From positions 6,510,001 to 6,574,000 of the forward strand of contig OZ024747.1 of the NCBI GenBank assembly GCA_964016885.1: a DNA stretch of 64,000 bases, written 5' to 3'. A program made the translations under genes and the position numbers. Positions 13,955 through 27,435 of this stretch are shown one piece after another. The stretch comes from Eledone cirrhosa (lineage: Eukaryota). Under the pieces are notes generated by a model. The model was given only the letters and a program-made list of their open reading frames with translations, did no database searches and was not told the origin of the DNA. Position 1 is the stretch's first letter. Every line of letters starts with the position of its first letter.

Positions 13955-14610
13955 TGTGTGTAAGCGGTCGTGTGTGTTTGTGTGTACACATGTATGTGTA
14001 TGTGTTCGTATGTGTGTAAAGAAGGGGTCGTGCGTGTTTGTGTGTGCACATGTATGTGTATGTGTTCGTATGTGGGTAAAGAAGGGGTGATGTGTGTTTG
14101 TGTGTGCACGTGTATGTGTATGTGTTCGTATGTGTGTAAAGAAGGGGTCATGTGTGTTTGTGTGTACACATGTATGTGTATGTGTTCGTATGTGGGTAAA
14201 GAAGGGGTCACGTGTGTTTGTGTGTACACATGTATGTGTATGTGTTCGTATGTGGGTAAAGAAGGGGTCATGTGTGGTTGTGTGTACACATGTATGTGTA
14301 TGTGTTCGTATGTGTGTAAATAAGGGGTCATGTGTGTCTGTGTGTACACATGTATGTGTATGTGTTCGTATGTGGGTAAAGAAGGGGTGATGTGTGTTTG
14401 TGTGTACACATGTATGTGTATGTGTTCGTATGTGGGTAAAGAAGGGGTCATGTGTGTTTATGTGTACACATGTATGTGTATGTGTTCGTATGTATGGAAG
14501 GGATTGTGTGTGTTTGTATGTGCACATGTATGTGTATGTGTTCGTATGTGGGTAAAGAAGGGATCATGTGTGTTTGTGTGTACACATGTATGTGTATGTG
14601 TTCGTTTGTG
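13955..14610. repeat. 60-bp minisatellite (~11 units)
   Basis: Unit TGTGTACACATGTATGTGTATGTGTTCGTATGTGGGTAAAGAAGGGGTCATGTGTGTTTG. Confidence 0.95.
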
Positions 14611-14995
14611 TATGGTTGTATGTATGTATGAATGTATGGCTGTATGTATGAATCTATGTTCGTTTGTGTGTGTAGTAGTGTATGTATGTATGTAAATGTT
14701 CGTTTTTATGCTGATACAATTGTTTGTTTATGTGGTTGTGTGTGTAACGTGACGGAGTGTGTATGTGTGTACCAGTGAGTGAGTGTGTGTGTGTAAAAGT
14801 GAGTGCGTGTGTGTGTTTGTGTGTAAATGTTATCTTCTATGTTTATATGATTATGTGTATGAATTTCTGTGATTATGAATGGTCATGTAACGACGAAGGG
14901 TTGCGTGTACTTGTATGCGTGTGTATGTTTATGTATGTGAATGATTGTGTTAGATTGATGTGTATATTTGTTTTAATATATATATATATATATAT

Positions 14996-15189
14996 ATAGG
15001 AACCAGTAAGACCCCGACAGCTGAGCTCAAGCCGTTTCGACGGCTAATTCTGAGTCCAGAATTAGCCGTCGAAACGGCTTGAGCTCAGCTGTCGGGGTCT
15101 TACTGGTTCCTATTACCCACTCTACTACCTCAAGTATTGAGTACTTTGGTGCGTTATGGTCCACCTGGTTCCTTACCACATTTCCTTCG

Positions 15190-15190
<1 letters not shown>
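14996..15190 (+). mobile_element. Fold-back PLE-like pLTR element with half-hammerheads on both strands, in (TA)n
   Basis: Perfect inverted arms 14996-15052 / 15057-15113 (loop AGTC); each arm has GAAA-CGGC..GCTG-TC-GGGG; unpaired tail to 15190. Confidence 0.75.
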
Positions 15191-15252
<62 letters not shown>

Positions 15253-15255
<3 letters not shown>

Positions 15256-16122
15256 TGGCAGACTGGGTTTAAAAGTATTGATTGGTTGCGAGGAGATGAA
15301 GGGGGCCCACCTACATATAGAATGAAGAGGGCCCACCTACATATAGAATGCTATCATTTAATGTTTATAATGAATGAATAACATTTTCGAAAAATACATA
15401 AGTGGAAACAAAACAGTGCAATCAAATTATTGCGGGGAAATATCTTACCTTCTCCAATAAAAAATATTATGTATTTTGCGAAATTCAGAGACTTTCAATA
15501 ATGACCAGAAGTCGACCCTAGATATTACTAATAGACACCACATCTTTTTAACTTTGGTTTTCAAAGTAGATTTATAATTATCAATTTCCATTATACTATT
15601 GTAGCTAGCTCGGTGGCCTACTTGGAGGAAGCATAGACGGTGGTGATCCTGGTCGAGAGTAGGGTTCCCGGTAAACCTTTTCAGCTTTTTTTCTATTAGT
15701 TGTAAAATAAAAACTGAAAAAGGCTACCTGTACCTCTTGATCAGGATTGAACCCAAGACAAAGATCTCCACCGTCTCTAGTACCTACCACAGAGACAACT
15801 ACGAAAATCGTGTGAAAATTCATACTTATAAACCTACTTTCAGAATTTTCAAAACAAAATGATGTGGTGTCGTTCATGTCTTTCTTAATGTTATTGCTCC
15901 TACTTAAGGTCGACTTCTAAATCCCTTGGCTGTTCCATAAACTCCATCCTCGTTTTGTTTCACATCTATCTAGACTACATTTTAACCAGTAATCCATGTT
16001 TCATTTCTGTTGCACCTTATTTCTCCCCCTCTTTCTTTGACCAAATGCTTTGCTTAATTTCTTTATTTTCATTTTTTTTAATTTTTATTGGGCAACCAGG
16101 CAACCTGGCCAGTCCGCCATTG
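15253..16122. mobile_element. Non-autonomous hAT-like DNA transposon (870 bp) inserted in (TA)n
   Basis: TIRs CAGTGGCAGACTGG / CCAGTCCGCCATTG (12 of 14 complementary); TA repeats on both sides. Confidence 0.7.
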
Positions 16123-16149
16123 TATATATATATATATATATATATCAAT

Positions 16150-16272
16150 ACTAGAGTCGGCTCCACAACCCCTATGGGTCACCTTGAGCCAATCCTCTGC
16201 GAAACGCGCGTAACACGTCGATACGCAATAAATATTTTTCATATGTAAACGAAACTTCCTCGCTTTTTCTAT
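16150..16272 (+). mobile_element. pLTR-like fragment with 3' half-hammerhead
   Basis: Long stem AGAG..GGCTC/GAGCC..CTCT, then GAAA-CGCGCG-TA (palindromic helix III, GUA), AATAAA, T-rich tail and (TA)n; CTGANGA missing. Confidence 0.5.
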
Positions 16273-16304
<32 letters not shown>

Positions 16305-16310
16305 TAAAAC

Positions 16311-16418
16311 AAAGAAAGTGTGGTAAGGAACCAGGTAGACCATAACGCACCAGAGTACAGTTCGGATCTAGCTGTCGAAACGGCCGGAGCTCAACTGTCG
16401 GGGTCCTGACTCTTTTCC

Positions 16419-16420
<2 letters not shown>
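16311..16420. mobile_element. Rearranged (inverted) copy of the 15-kb PLE-like family
   Basis: Tail in minus orientation joined to plus-strand TAGCTGTC GAAACGGCCGGAGCTCAACTGTC GGGG. Confidence 0.7.
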
Positions 16421-16474
<54 letters not shown>

Positions 16475-17393
16475 TAGATATATATATGGGGGTGTATGTG
16501 TTGGGGGGATGTATGTGAAGATTTTAAGGTAGGTATATCTAAATTTAGGACTATTGGTCTGAAAAGTATGAAGTGTAAAATATAAAACTTTCAACTAAAC
16601 ATAAATACATACGAGATTACTCTTATGTATTTAATACTTTATTGTGGTTAGTATTTCTGAAAATTTGCTGAGGCCATGCTGGGGTTCCACTATTGAAGAA
16701 GTTATCAGCGGCCCGCTACGAAGGATCGAATCTCGTACCTCTTAGATACCAACAGATAGCTCTAACCATTAAGCTAATGGTTTAGACTACTGACAGTATT
16801 GGATGTAAATATTTAAATTTTGAATGTGATGCAGTCATAGTGAGATTTAGTACTTTTTTTCTTCATGAATGTTTTGCTCATGTGGTTTGACATGGTACAG
16901 GATGTTAAAAGTGAAAAGGCAATAATATGTATGGTAGACACATTGGCACAAAATCTTTAGGTTCTTAAGTTTGAAATGTCCGATTTCCTTATAGTATTTT
17001 AATATGAAATCGGATATTCCATACTTAATGCTCTGATATAAAGAAATAGCAGATTCACTCACACATAAAGAAAGAACACCTTGCCAAGATATAAAATAAT
17101 TATTACATATATTAAACCGGCAAGTTATTTAGTTTATTATTTGGTCATATTTTCATTGAAATAACTGAAATACTACTTCCTGTCTATCTTCTTGACATCA
17201 ACTTCCGGTATTCCTATTTGATGTAATTTCCTGCATGTCGTTTAAATACATATCGGTGATAACTCTTAACACTTGCGTAATTTGTAAAGAATAGGTAGGT
17301 GGAGACTGTAAAACTATTGGGTCGTCAAGTAGGAAATTTGTAGACATTTTTTTATAGAAATAAAACATTTCTACAAATTTCATACTTGACACA

Positions 17394-17610
<217 letters not shown>

Positions 17611-17629
17611 TAAACACACACACACTAAC

Positions 17630-17699
<70 letters not shown>

Positions 17700-17873
17700 T
17701 AACATGTATATATATATATATACATATATATGTATGTTTACATGTATATATATATATATATGTGCATATATATATATATATATATATAAGTTTATCCCCG
17801 GTTCAGTCGGGGGTAACCACAATAAGTAAGGTACTCAATACATAGCAGAGTATAAATATTTAATATACAAATG

Positions 17874-17922
17874 GCTTCTACAGGACTAGAACTGTTTCAT
17901 TCGGGAGAAATCATCAGGAAGC
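17874..17922 (-). ncRNA. Type-I hammerhead ribozyme with full helix III
   Basis: Minus strand: GCTTC CTGATGA T TTC-tccc-GAA T GAAA CAG-ttctagtc-CTG TA / GAAGC; GUA triplet. Lies in element ~17790-17958 whose 17925-17958 is an inverted copy of 17855-17889; flanked by (TA)n. Confidence 0.8.
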
Positions 17923-17948
17923 TGTAGTCCTGTAGAAGTCATTTCTAT

Positions 17949-17987
<39 letters not shown>

Positions 17988-18012
17988 CAACACGAACTAG
18001 AATACCGAATCA

Positions 18013-19235
18013 AACGTTACGTGATTTGATTTTTGCAGACGACTGTGTATTACTTGTACATTCACTAGGAGACCTGCAGTTCATTGTGGTTAAGTTCGCT
18101 TCAGCACCTAGAACTTTTGTGCTAACAATAGGCATAAAGACATCTGAACTCATGTTTCAAACAAGGCCATGGAATAGTCTAGAAACTCTGCCACAGATTT
18201 ATGTTGAAGGCAAAACTCTGAAGACAGTCTGTAGTTTTACTTACTTTGGATCAACTATAACTAGTGATGCAAAATTAAAATAGGAAACTGGAATACATAT
18301 AGGAAAGGCAAGTTCAGCTTATGGGTGACTATGGAACACTCCAGATGTCTCAATTAAAACAAAAGTTGATATCTATAAAGCCGTTGTTCTTACAACTCTC
18401 TTTTATGAGACAGAAGCCTGGACTTCCTATCACAAACGCATAAATCAAATGAGCAGTTTCCATATGAGATGTCTAATGCAGATATGTGGTGTAAAATGGG
18501 ATGATAGTGTGAAAAATAGCGATGTGCTATCGTAATGTAATATTTCTGGCTTAGAAACGTTCTTGATCACATATCAGATATGATAGTGTGGCCATGTTTT
18601 GAGAATGAATGATGAAAGAATCCTCAAGCAAGTCTTACTTGGTCAACTTAAAGGTTGTCGTAAAAAAGTAGACCGACTACTACTTCACTATAAAGACAAG
18701 CTTAAGGATAATTTGAAACATCTGAATATGAATATTAACAGCTGAGGAAAATGTTGCCAATAATAGGACTGAGTGGAGAAAACAATAACATATGAAGCTT
18801 GTTAACTTTGAAGAACGTATTCGTCATCAAGACCAGTTGTATGTGAATCGAAGACATTGGATTGGCAGTATCGGTGGAGGGTCGGACGCCATGCCTTGCA
18901 GCATGGAGTTACAGGCCTTTACGATCTGAATTCAAATCCCACCGAAGTTAACTTTGCCTTTCATCCTTACGGGGTCGATAAAATAAAGTACCAGTAATGC
19001 ACTGGGGTAATTGCTGACATTGTGCCAACAGTAGAAACAATTATCAAGATAATCCCGTTAATGTAAACTATCAATATCTTCATTGCAACTTTTCAGCTAG
19101 GTCAAATACTGGGCTAAAGGCTCGTCTCAGGACTTATATCGTTCCTGAAAACTTTGAAAACTTGACATGCAATGCCTGTAACCTTCCGTGTAAAGATGCT
19201 ACAGGCCTGAAATTACACATGGGCCCCTCCAACAG
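18013..19235 (+). mobile_element. 5'-truncated, decayed RTE-clade LINE (RT C-terminal half and C-terminal C2H2-like motifs), interrupted by a SINE
   Basis: RDLIFADDC (RT catalytic loop), KTLKTVCSFTYFGSTI, TKVDIYKAVVLTTLFY..EAWT, GHVLRMNDERILKQVL.GQL, CNACNLPCKDATGLKLH; several stops and frameshifts. Confidence 0.9.
18859..19043 (+). mobile_element. tRNA-derived SINE nested in the RTE relic
   Basis: Matches 5401-5593. Confidence 0.9.
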
Positions 19236-19355
19236 ATGGACTAACGTTGGGTCATTTTCTTTGCTGAAATCCACCAACCGATTCTTGCTTGGGAACTGTT
19301 TTTGCTTTATCTACTATTGAACACCCATACGTCGTTTTCGACAGGAGATTCCATC

Positions 19356-19467
<112 letters not shown>

Positions 19468-19615
19468 TATACACACATACACACACATACACATGAAGAA
19501 AGAGAGGAGAGATAGACATATAAACAGATAAACACACATTAATGCAGAGATAGTTACACAGACTAATTGAATTAAAAACAACTCATAACTGTATATGTAC
19601 GTCTATATATAACTG

Positions 19616-19662
<47 letters not shown>

Positions 19663-19750
19663 TCTTTTACCTGTTTCAGCCATCCAGCTGAGGCCATGCT
19701 GGGGCACCGCCCTTGTATATATATATATATACAGTTATATATATATACAG

Positions 19751-19784
<34 letters not shown>

Positions 19785-19994
19785 GATAACAAGTTATCGT
19801 TATATTCTTTCACTATATATATATATATACACACGTATATATATATACATATATATATATACATATATACATGTGTGTATATATATATACATACATGTGT
19901 GTATAAATATATATATATATATATATACGTGTATTACGGTGACTAAACTGTATTATTCTATTATTACTTTGAATGGAATATTTGGGCGTAAGAG

Positions 19995-20528
19995 TTTTGT
20001 TGTATTTGTTGTTGTCGTTGTTATTGTATGTGTTGTTATTGTTGTTGTTATTGTATTTGTTGTTATTGTTGCTGTATGTGTTGTTGTTGTTGTATGTGTT
20101 GTTATTGTATGTGTTGTTATTGTTGTTGTTATTGTATTTGTTGTTATTGTTGCTGTATGTGTTGTTGTTGTTGTATGTGTTGTTATTGTATTTGTTGTTG
20201 TTGTTGTTGTTATTATATGTGTTGTTATTGTATTTGTTGTTGTTGTTGTTGTTATTGTATGCGTTGTTATTGTATTTGTTGTTGTTGTTGTTGTTATTGT
20301 ATGTGTTGTTATTGTATTTGTTGTTGTTGTTGTTGTTATTGTATGTGTTGTTATTGTATTTGTTGTTATTGTTGTTGTTATTGTATATGTAGTTGTTATT
20401 GTTGTTATTGTATGTGTTGTTGTTATTGTTATTGTTATTGTATGTGTTGTTGTTATTGTTGTTGTTATTGTATGTGTTGTTGTTATTGTTGTTGTTATTG
20501 TTGTTGTTATGGTGTGTGCTGTTGTTTT
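19995..20528. repeat. (GTT/ATT)n degenerate microsatellite
   Basis: Direct reading. Confidence 0.9.
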
Positions 20529-20653
20529 TTATTGGTTGGTTTACATTAATATACACAGTGACGTAAATCATTAGACTCTAGGTGGGGCTGTGTCAGTGTG
20601 TGGGGGGTGGTGCTGTGGAGATGCCTTTATATACATATGTGTGTGTGTGTATG

Positions 20654-20684
<31 letters not shown>

Positions 20685-20737
20685 ATGTGTGTGTGTGTAT
20701 ATGAGTGTGTGTATATATATGTGTGTGTGTATGTATG

Positions 20738-20770
<33 letters not shown>

Positions 20771-21259
20771 ATGTGAGTGTGTGTATGTATATATATGTGT
20801 GTGTGTGTGTGTGTATGTATGTGTGTGTGTATGTATATGTGTGTGTGTGTGTGTATGTATATGTGTGTGTGTGTATGTATATGTGTGTGTGTGTGTATGT
20901 ATGTATATATGTGTGTGTGTGTGTGTATGTATATATGTGTGTGTGTGTGTATGTATATATGTGTGTGTGTGTGTGTATGTATATACATATATATATGTGT
21001 GTGTGTGTGTGTATGTATATACATATATATGTGTGTGTGTGTGTGTGTGTATGTATATATATATGTGTGTGTGTCTGTGCTTACAGTGTGAACGCAACAT
21101 GGCCAAATGGTTAAGCAGTTTGCTTCCCACTCGTTGAGTTTCCGTTTCGATCCCTCTGTGTGACATCTTGGGGCAAGGGTGATTTACCACAGCCTCGGGT
21201 CAACCTCTGCTTTGTGATTATAGCTAGATGGAAACTGTTTGGAAGCCCCTAAGATGGAC

Positions 21260-21425
21260 TTTATTCAAATTCCCTACTCACCACCATAGGCGCCGAGCTG
21301 GCTAACCGCAGGTGTGAGCCTCGCGAGAGTGAGTGACTCTTCCAGCGCGTCTCCCTTGCCCTCCCCCAGGGAAACACCTTCTCCATTCTGTCCGCCGCCG
21401 CCGCCGCCGCTGTGGGGAAGCCATC
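21260..21425 (+). mobile_element. CRE-clade retrotransposon 3' relic, second copy
   Basis: SLLTTIGAELANRRCEPRESE*LFQRVSLAL..GNTFSILSA; DNA homologous to the reverse complement of 10080-10175. Confidence 0.65.
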
Positions 21426-21484
21426 AATATGATTGACGGACTTGACATTTTATCAGTCAACATAAACACATAAATATATAAATA

Positions 21485-21673
21485 ATTATTTCTACTTTTG
21501 GCACAAGGCCAGCAAATTACCCAGTGCATTACTGGTACTTTATTTTATCGACCCCGTAAGGATGAAAAGCAAAGTTCACTTCGGCGGGATTTGAACTCAA
21601 AATGGCAAGGGCCATAACTCTATGCTAGAAAGCATGGCGTCCGACCCTCTACCGATACTGCCAATCCACCGCC
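21485..21673 (-). mobile_element. tRNA-derived SINE
   Basis: Reverse complement of the 5401-5593 family. Confidence 0.9.
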
Positions 21674-22959
21674 ATAAATATATAAATAATAATTACATTG
21701 AAGGATAAATGTCTTATTTTACTCTATTTCTACACACACTTTATCACAAGTTAACCACTTATATTATCCACTTCAAATGGGTCGACCTGTCACTCACTAA
21801 GTCACAGAACTCTCTCCGTCGGACGGGGAGATCTCCCACCCACGTTGGGGTGGATGAGAGATGTCTTCTCTTGTTAAAATGTGTATAGCTTTCATGAGTT
21901 CAAATCCCGCCGAGGTTGACTTTGCCTGTCATCCTTACGAGGTCGATAAAATAAAGTACCAGTAATGTACTGGTAATTACTGGCCTTGTGCCTAAAGTAG
22001 AAACAAATATGTAAACTCTCCCCATTTTTGCCTCATTTCTCCCTGTTTCGGGGCACTTTTTTTCATGGTATTCCCCGTTTGGGTTTTTAGAGGTTGGCAG
22101 GAAATGGCCAGCCAATCACTCACTATGTCATAGACCTGTAAACCTCTCCCGTCCAACGGGGAGATCTCCCACCCACGTTGTGGTAGGTGAGAGATGTCTT
22201 ATAGCTTTCCTTATGTAAAATCTCCTCCTTTTGCCTCATTTCTCTCTGTTTCGGGGCACTTTCTTTCATCGTATTCCCCGCTTGGCTTTTTAGAGGTTGG
22301 CAGATCTGAAGTCACGCTGAATCTCAGTGAGAATTACAATATGAGGAGTCATGTCTGTAGAATGCTCAGACACTTGCACGTGAAATTCATGACCTCGGCA
22401 GGATATGAACTCGGAAACGTTAAAATCCGAAACAAAATACAGCAAGGAATTTTGTCCGATGCTCTAACGATTCTACCAATCTACCATAAACAGATTGATA
22501 TAAAGTTTAGGTGGTGTGGGATGGGGCGGGGGCTGATGGGACTGTTGATTAAATCGATCTCAGTACTTGATTGGTGCTTGATTTTATCGATCCCAGAAAA
22601 AGAAAAATAACAAATTGGCTTCGGTGGAATTTGAACTCCGATCGTAAAGGGTTGTAACTAAATACCGCTAAGCTGTTTCTCTCTCTTCTCTCTACCTCTT
22701 CCTACACCTCCTATTCATCCACCTCCTACTTCTCCCCCCACCACCACACAACCATTACTCCTTTCTATCTCTTAACTTTGGGCGTGTCTTGTGTTGCATA
22801 TTTTTTGTATTTTGTTATTGTTATTGTAGTTGTTGTAGCTGTTCTTGTTTATTGTTATTGTTATTGTTGTTGTTTTTGTTGTTATCCACGTCGCCATTAT
22901 TACTGTAGTAGTAGTAGTGGTGATGGTGGTGGTGGTGGTCGTCGTCGTCGTCGTCGTGA

Positions 22960-23143
<184 letters not shown>

Positions 23144-23298
23144 TAATATATTAATATCTTAATGTGACTGGCAGCTCTCGTTATTTAGTGGCGGTTTTTA
23201 CGTTCTGATTTCAAATCTCGCCGAGGTCAGCAAAGTCTTTCATCTTCCCGAATATGGTAAAACAAAGAACCAGTTAATTATTAGTAGGGAGGGGGGCA

Positions 23299-23339
<41 letters not shown>

Positions 23340-23490
23340 GTGTGAGAGAGAGAGAGAGACTGTGTGAGAGAGAGAGTGATAGAGAGAGAGAGACTGTGTG
23401 TGAGTGAGTGAGAGAGACTGTAAGAGAGAGTGTGTATGTGCGAATATGTGTGTGAGAGAGAGAGAGACAGGCTGTGTGTGAGAGAGAGGC

Positions 23491-23539
<49 letters not shown>

Positions 23540-23759
23540 ACGTATGTGTGAGAAAAATGAATATATGTGTGTGGGATAGAGATGTATATGTGTGTGTATA
23601 TGTGTGTGGGTGGATGTGAGAGACGTGTATATGTATATATGTGTGTATGTGTATGAGACAGAGATGTATATATATATATATATATATATGTGTGAGTGTA
23701 TGTTAGTGTGTGTGAGTGTGTGTGAGAGATATGTATATGTATATATGTGTGTGTGTGAG

Positions 23760-23790
<31 letters not shown>

Positions 23791-23880
23791 AGTGTGTGTG
23801 AGATATGTATATATATATGTGTGTGAGTGTGTGTGTGAGATATGTATATATATATATATGTGTGTGTGAGTGTGTGAGAC

Positions 23881-23923
<43 letters not shown>

Positions 23924-24382
23924 TGGATGTGCACGCGTCCCTCAGCCTAAATTAGAAACCGTTATTAGTTATCCATTACCGGGTCGATAAAATAAAGTAC
24001 CAGTAATGCACTGGGTAATTGCTGGCCTTGTGCCAATAGTAGAAACGTTATTAGTTATCTATTGTTAAGTTTCCATCTATAAAAAACTATATTTGTTTAT
24101 TTATGATAATTTTACATATTTTATTCAGTTCTCAGCAATAAAAGACAGAATCTAGATTAATTCCTAATATATTAGTGAGGCTGTTGCAGCATGTGTTGCT
24201 GACCATTGTCTGCTCTGATCGAGATGTAGAGGCTGTTATCCTTTCTCCTTCCCCCTTTCTTTCTTCCTTTGTCTAATAGTCCTCCCCCCCCCCCTTACCC
24301 CCCCCCCATTTATGGCATTTATAGTCCTTTCCAATACTGCTTTCTTTTTCTGTACGTTTAACCAAATAAAAAATTATCAAGT

Positions 24383-25066
24383 TATATATATATATAAAAG
24401 CAAGTCGGTCTGTGTGTGTGTCTGTCTGTGTGTCTGTCTCTGTGTGTGTGTGTGTGTGTCTGTCTGTGTGTGTGTGTGTGTGTGTGTGTAACTGTCTGTG
24501 TGTGTGTGTGTGTGTGTAACTGTCTGTGTGTGTGTGTGTGTGTGTAACTGTCTGTGTGTGTGTGTGTGTGTGTAACTGTCTGTGTGTGTGTGTGTGTGTG
24601 TAACTGTCTGTGTGTGTGTGTGTAACTGTCTGTGTGTGTGTGTGTGTGTGTGTATCTGTCTGTGTACAAATACTAGGCTCCTTTTAACTTTTGAAGTACT
24701 AGGCCGATTTGCTTCAAGGAATATTTCTATGTCCAGTGGATGGTCAATGTGGTAGTGGCAGCGCCATCTTACGCATAGAGTTTAGTCTACTGAAGGACAT
24801 ACGGTGCGTCTATTCCATCTTTATCCCCTTACTCATACCTACTACAGCAAGGCCGGACCTGAAATCATTCACGTCAATTAACTCAAGCTACGCCATGAAT
24901 TGTTTTTATGTTGCCGTTTATTCCACTCAATCATGTCACTGTACACCCACTTTGTTAAACTTTGTTTTACAATTACATTTCAATTCTTTGCTCAACCTTT
25001 GGCTCTCTTTATACGGACAAACAGGCTGTCACTCATTTCCCGAGCAACGCTGGGTACATCTGCTAG
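24383..25066 (+). mobile_element. Non-autonomous Helitron with internal (GT/GTCT)n
   Basis: 3' hairpin CCCGAGC-AAC-GCTGGG then CTAG|T at 25063-25067; 5' TATATATAAAAG followed by microsatellite (terminal TC not intact). Confidence 0.7.
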
Positions 25067-25068
25067 TG

Positions 25069-25102
<34 letters not shown>

Positions 25103-25137
25103 CTTGATAATTTTTATTATATATATGTATATGTATA

Positions 25138-25232
<95 letters not shown>

Positions 25233-25586
25233 ATGTGTGTGTATATATATACTGGAATTCTATAAGAATCCAGCTTCTATAACTCTCGACAGGGGCAAGG
25301 GAGTGTGTGATCTTGATAAACGCTAACAAGCGAGAAACAGGACTGTCGATCACTCTCTTTGTTTTTGCCGAGAATAAGTAAGTGACATAGTCACTTACTT
25401 CAAAACTCATAGCGAATGGTCTTCAAAATGTTTTTAATTAAACAAATATACTATACATACATCCATATATATATATAGTAATAATCATGTGAAGACTAAA
25501 ATCCGAAAAGGGCTCGATAAGGATAATATATATATCAAATATATATAAAACCATAGAGCAAATATTTATTAAAATAACAGATTAAA

Positions 25587-25635
25587 GTTTAAGCAAAAAC
25601 TCGCTGCTTTCACCCTTAATGGGATCTTCTGAAAC
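25587..25635 (-). ncRNA. Hammerhead motif with variant core CAGAAGA (in pLTR fragment 25478-25637)
   Basis: Minus strand: GTTT CAGAAGA T CCC-attaa-GGG T GAAA GCA..TGC TT / AAAC; same family at 60560 and 63047. Confidence 0.6.
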
Positions 25636-25650
25636 AGTATATATATATAC

Positions 25651-25716
<66 letters not shown>

Positions 25717-25731
25717 GGTATATATATATAC

Positions 25732-25775
<44 letters not shown>

Positions 25776-26173
25776 GTATATATATATATATATATATACG
25801 GTATATATATATATATATATATAATTCGAAGTTTGAAAGCCACGACAATGCGAAATGGACGAACAAAGAAATTAGACGAAACATTCGCTACATTTATTTT
25901 CACTATAAACAATTTCATCGTAATATTTTTACTAGATATATTTTTACCATAAACACTTTTATTACAGCAATAACCTTTGCCGAACGTATTTTTACTGTAA
26001 ACATCTTTGCTGAAATATTTTTTGCACTAATATTAAAAAGAAAATAAATAACAAGAAACTTTGTTTGAATTTACAGCTGAGTTCCTTTGCTGTTTGGTAG
26101 AAAAAAAGTATTTTCTTTGCCAAATTAGAAATAAAGATCAAATAACTATAATAACGTGGGTTAAATAATAACA

Positions 26174-26365
26174 GTCAGGTCACTCTTGAGTGCTACTGGT
26201 AGCATGTAACCCAGCACAATCTGTCGTATGGTCAGGTCGTCGGCGACTAAACCGGCAACCCCACCAAGTTTACTTGGTGAGGAGGGTGATTTTGGACACC
26301 CGCAGGACAAAAAACAAAACCTAACAAAGGGCGGAAGAACTCATAAGAGTCAACAGCCATCCAAA
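26174..26365 (+). mobile_element. 5' fragment of the bipartite RTE derivative (older subfamily)
   Basis: Starts GTCAGGTCAC like the full-length copies; closest to 726-920. Confidence 0.75.
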
Positions 26366-27435
26366 AATGTATAAATATGTATATACAGTTTGGGTGTGGC
26401 TGTGTGTAGGATTGATTGCACATTTGTCTGTGCATATATGTGAATATATTTGATTTTTTTTTTAATCCTGCCAAATCAATAGGTGGCAGTAGTTCCAGCT
26501 GCACGCATCGAAAGACTCGTGTAGTGGTTCTGAGAACAATTCGGCTTTTTGAAGCAGCGACCCCTGATTGTATTCAGCAACCGAAACAAATATATATTTA
26601 CTATTATATTTTCACGGTAAAGGCTTTATCTCACATAATATCTTACATAATATCGCATCTACGAGATTTTGATATTATTTATTTTGAGAACAATAGTTTA
26701 ACGTCAGTATGAGTGACCGGTTACAGCCGGTTTCAACTGAGAGAGGTGAGAGAATTCATATGGCCAGTTTAAATGTTAAAGGGTTAACGCAGTTCTCAGG
26801 AAGATTCAGCATATCATGGTGTATAGCAAAACTTGCCCCTTGAATTACAACTCATTTTTGATAGCTGAGTAGACTGGACTAGTGTTTAATAATAAAAATA
26901 TATTTTAATAATAAAAATATTGTATACTTTGTTCTTTTATTTTAATTACACGAAAGATAATAAATATGTACAACACAATAATAAATAAAGATGTCATAAT
27001 AATGATTGGCATATAAAAATTATCCTTGACCTTTTATATTATATACCTGTCATTTTATACAGGGGAGGCACGTGGCCTGGTGGTAAGATTGTTGGACTTA
27101 CGCTCATAATGTCGTGGGTTTTTTTCCTGGTTTGCGTGAATATATTTGATTTTTTTTTTTTTTCCCAGTATACTCAGCGGAAAATGAGTACCAGTAATAG
27201 CTGGGGGTTTAACCCTGCGATGGACTGGCGTCGTGTCCCGGGGGAAATCTTGTACTCTGTCGCTTCACGCCATGAAACCGGGATAAGCACCGGCCAAATG
27301 AGCCTTCTGGCTGAAGACAGACTTTAGACATCTTATATAAATTTTTTTTGTTTTATTTTATACAAAGAACACATAAAAATAATGACATATTTGTATTCTA
27401 CCTTATTATTTTCATTATTTTGAAATTACGTGCAA

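Noticed and set aside
16710-16782. tRNA-like sequences (also 27920-27975, 59120-59168)
   Set aside because: Decayed SINE heads; no complete cloverleaf, so not called as tRNA genes.
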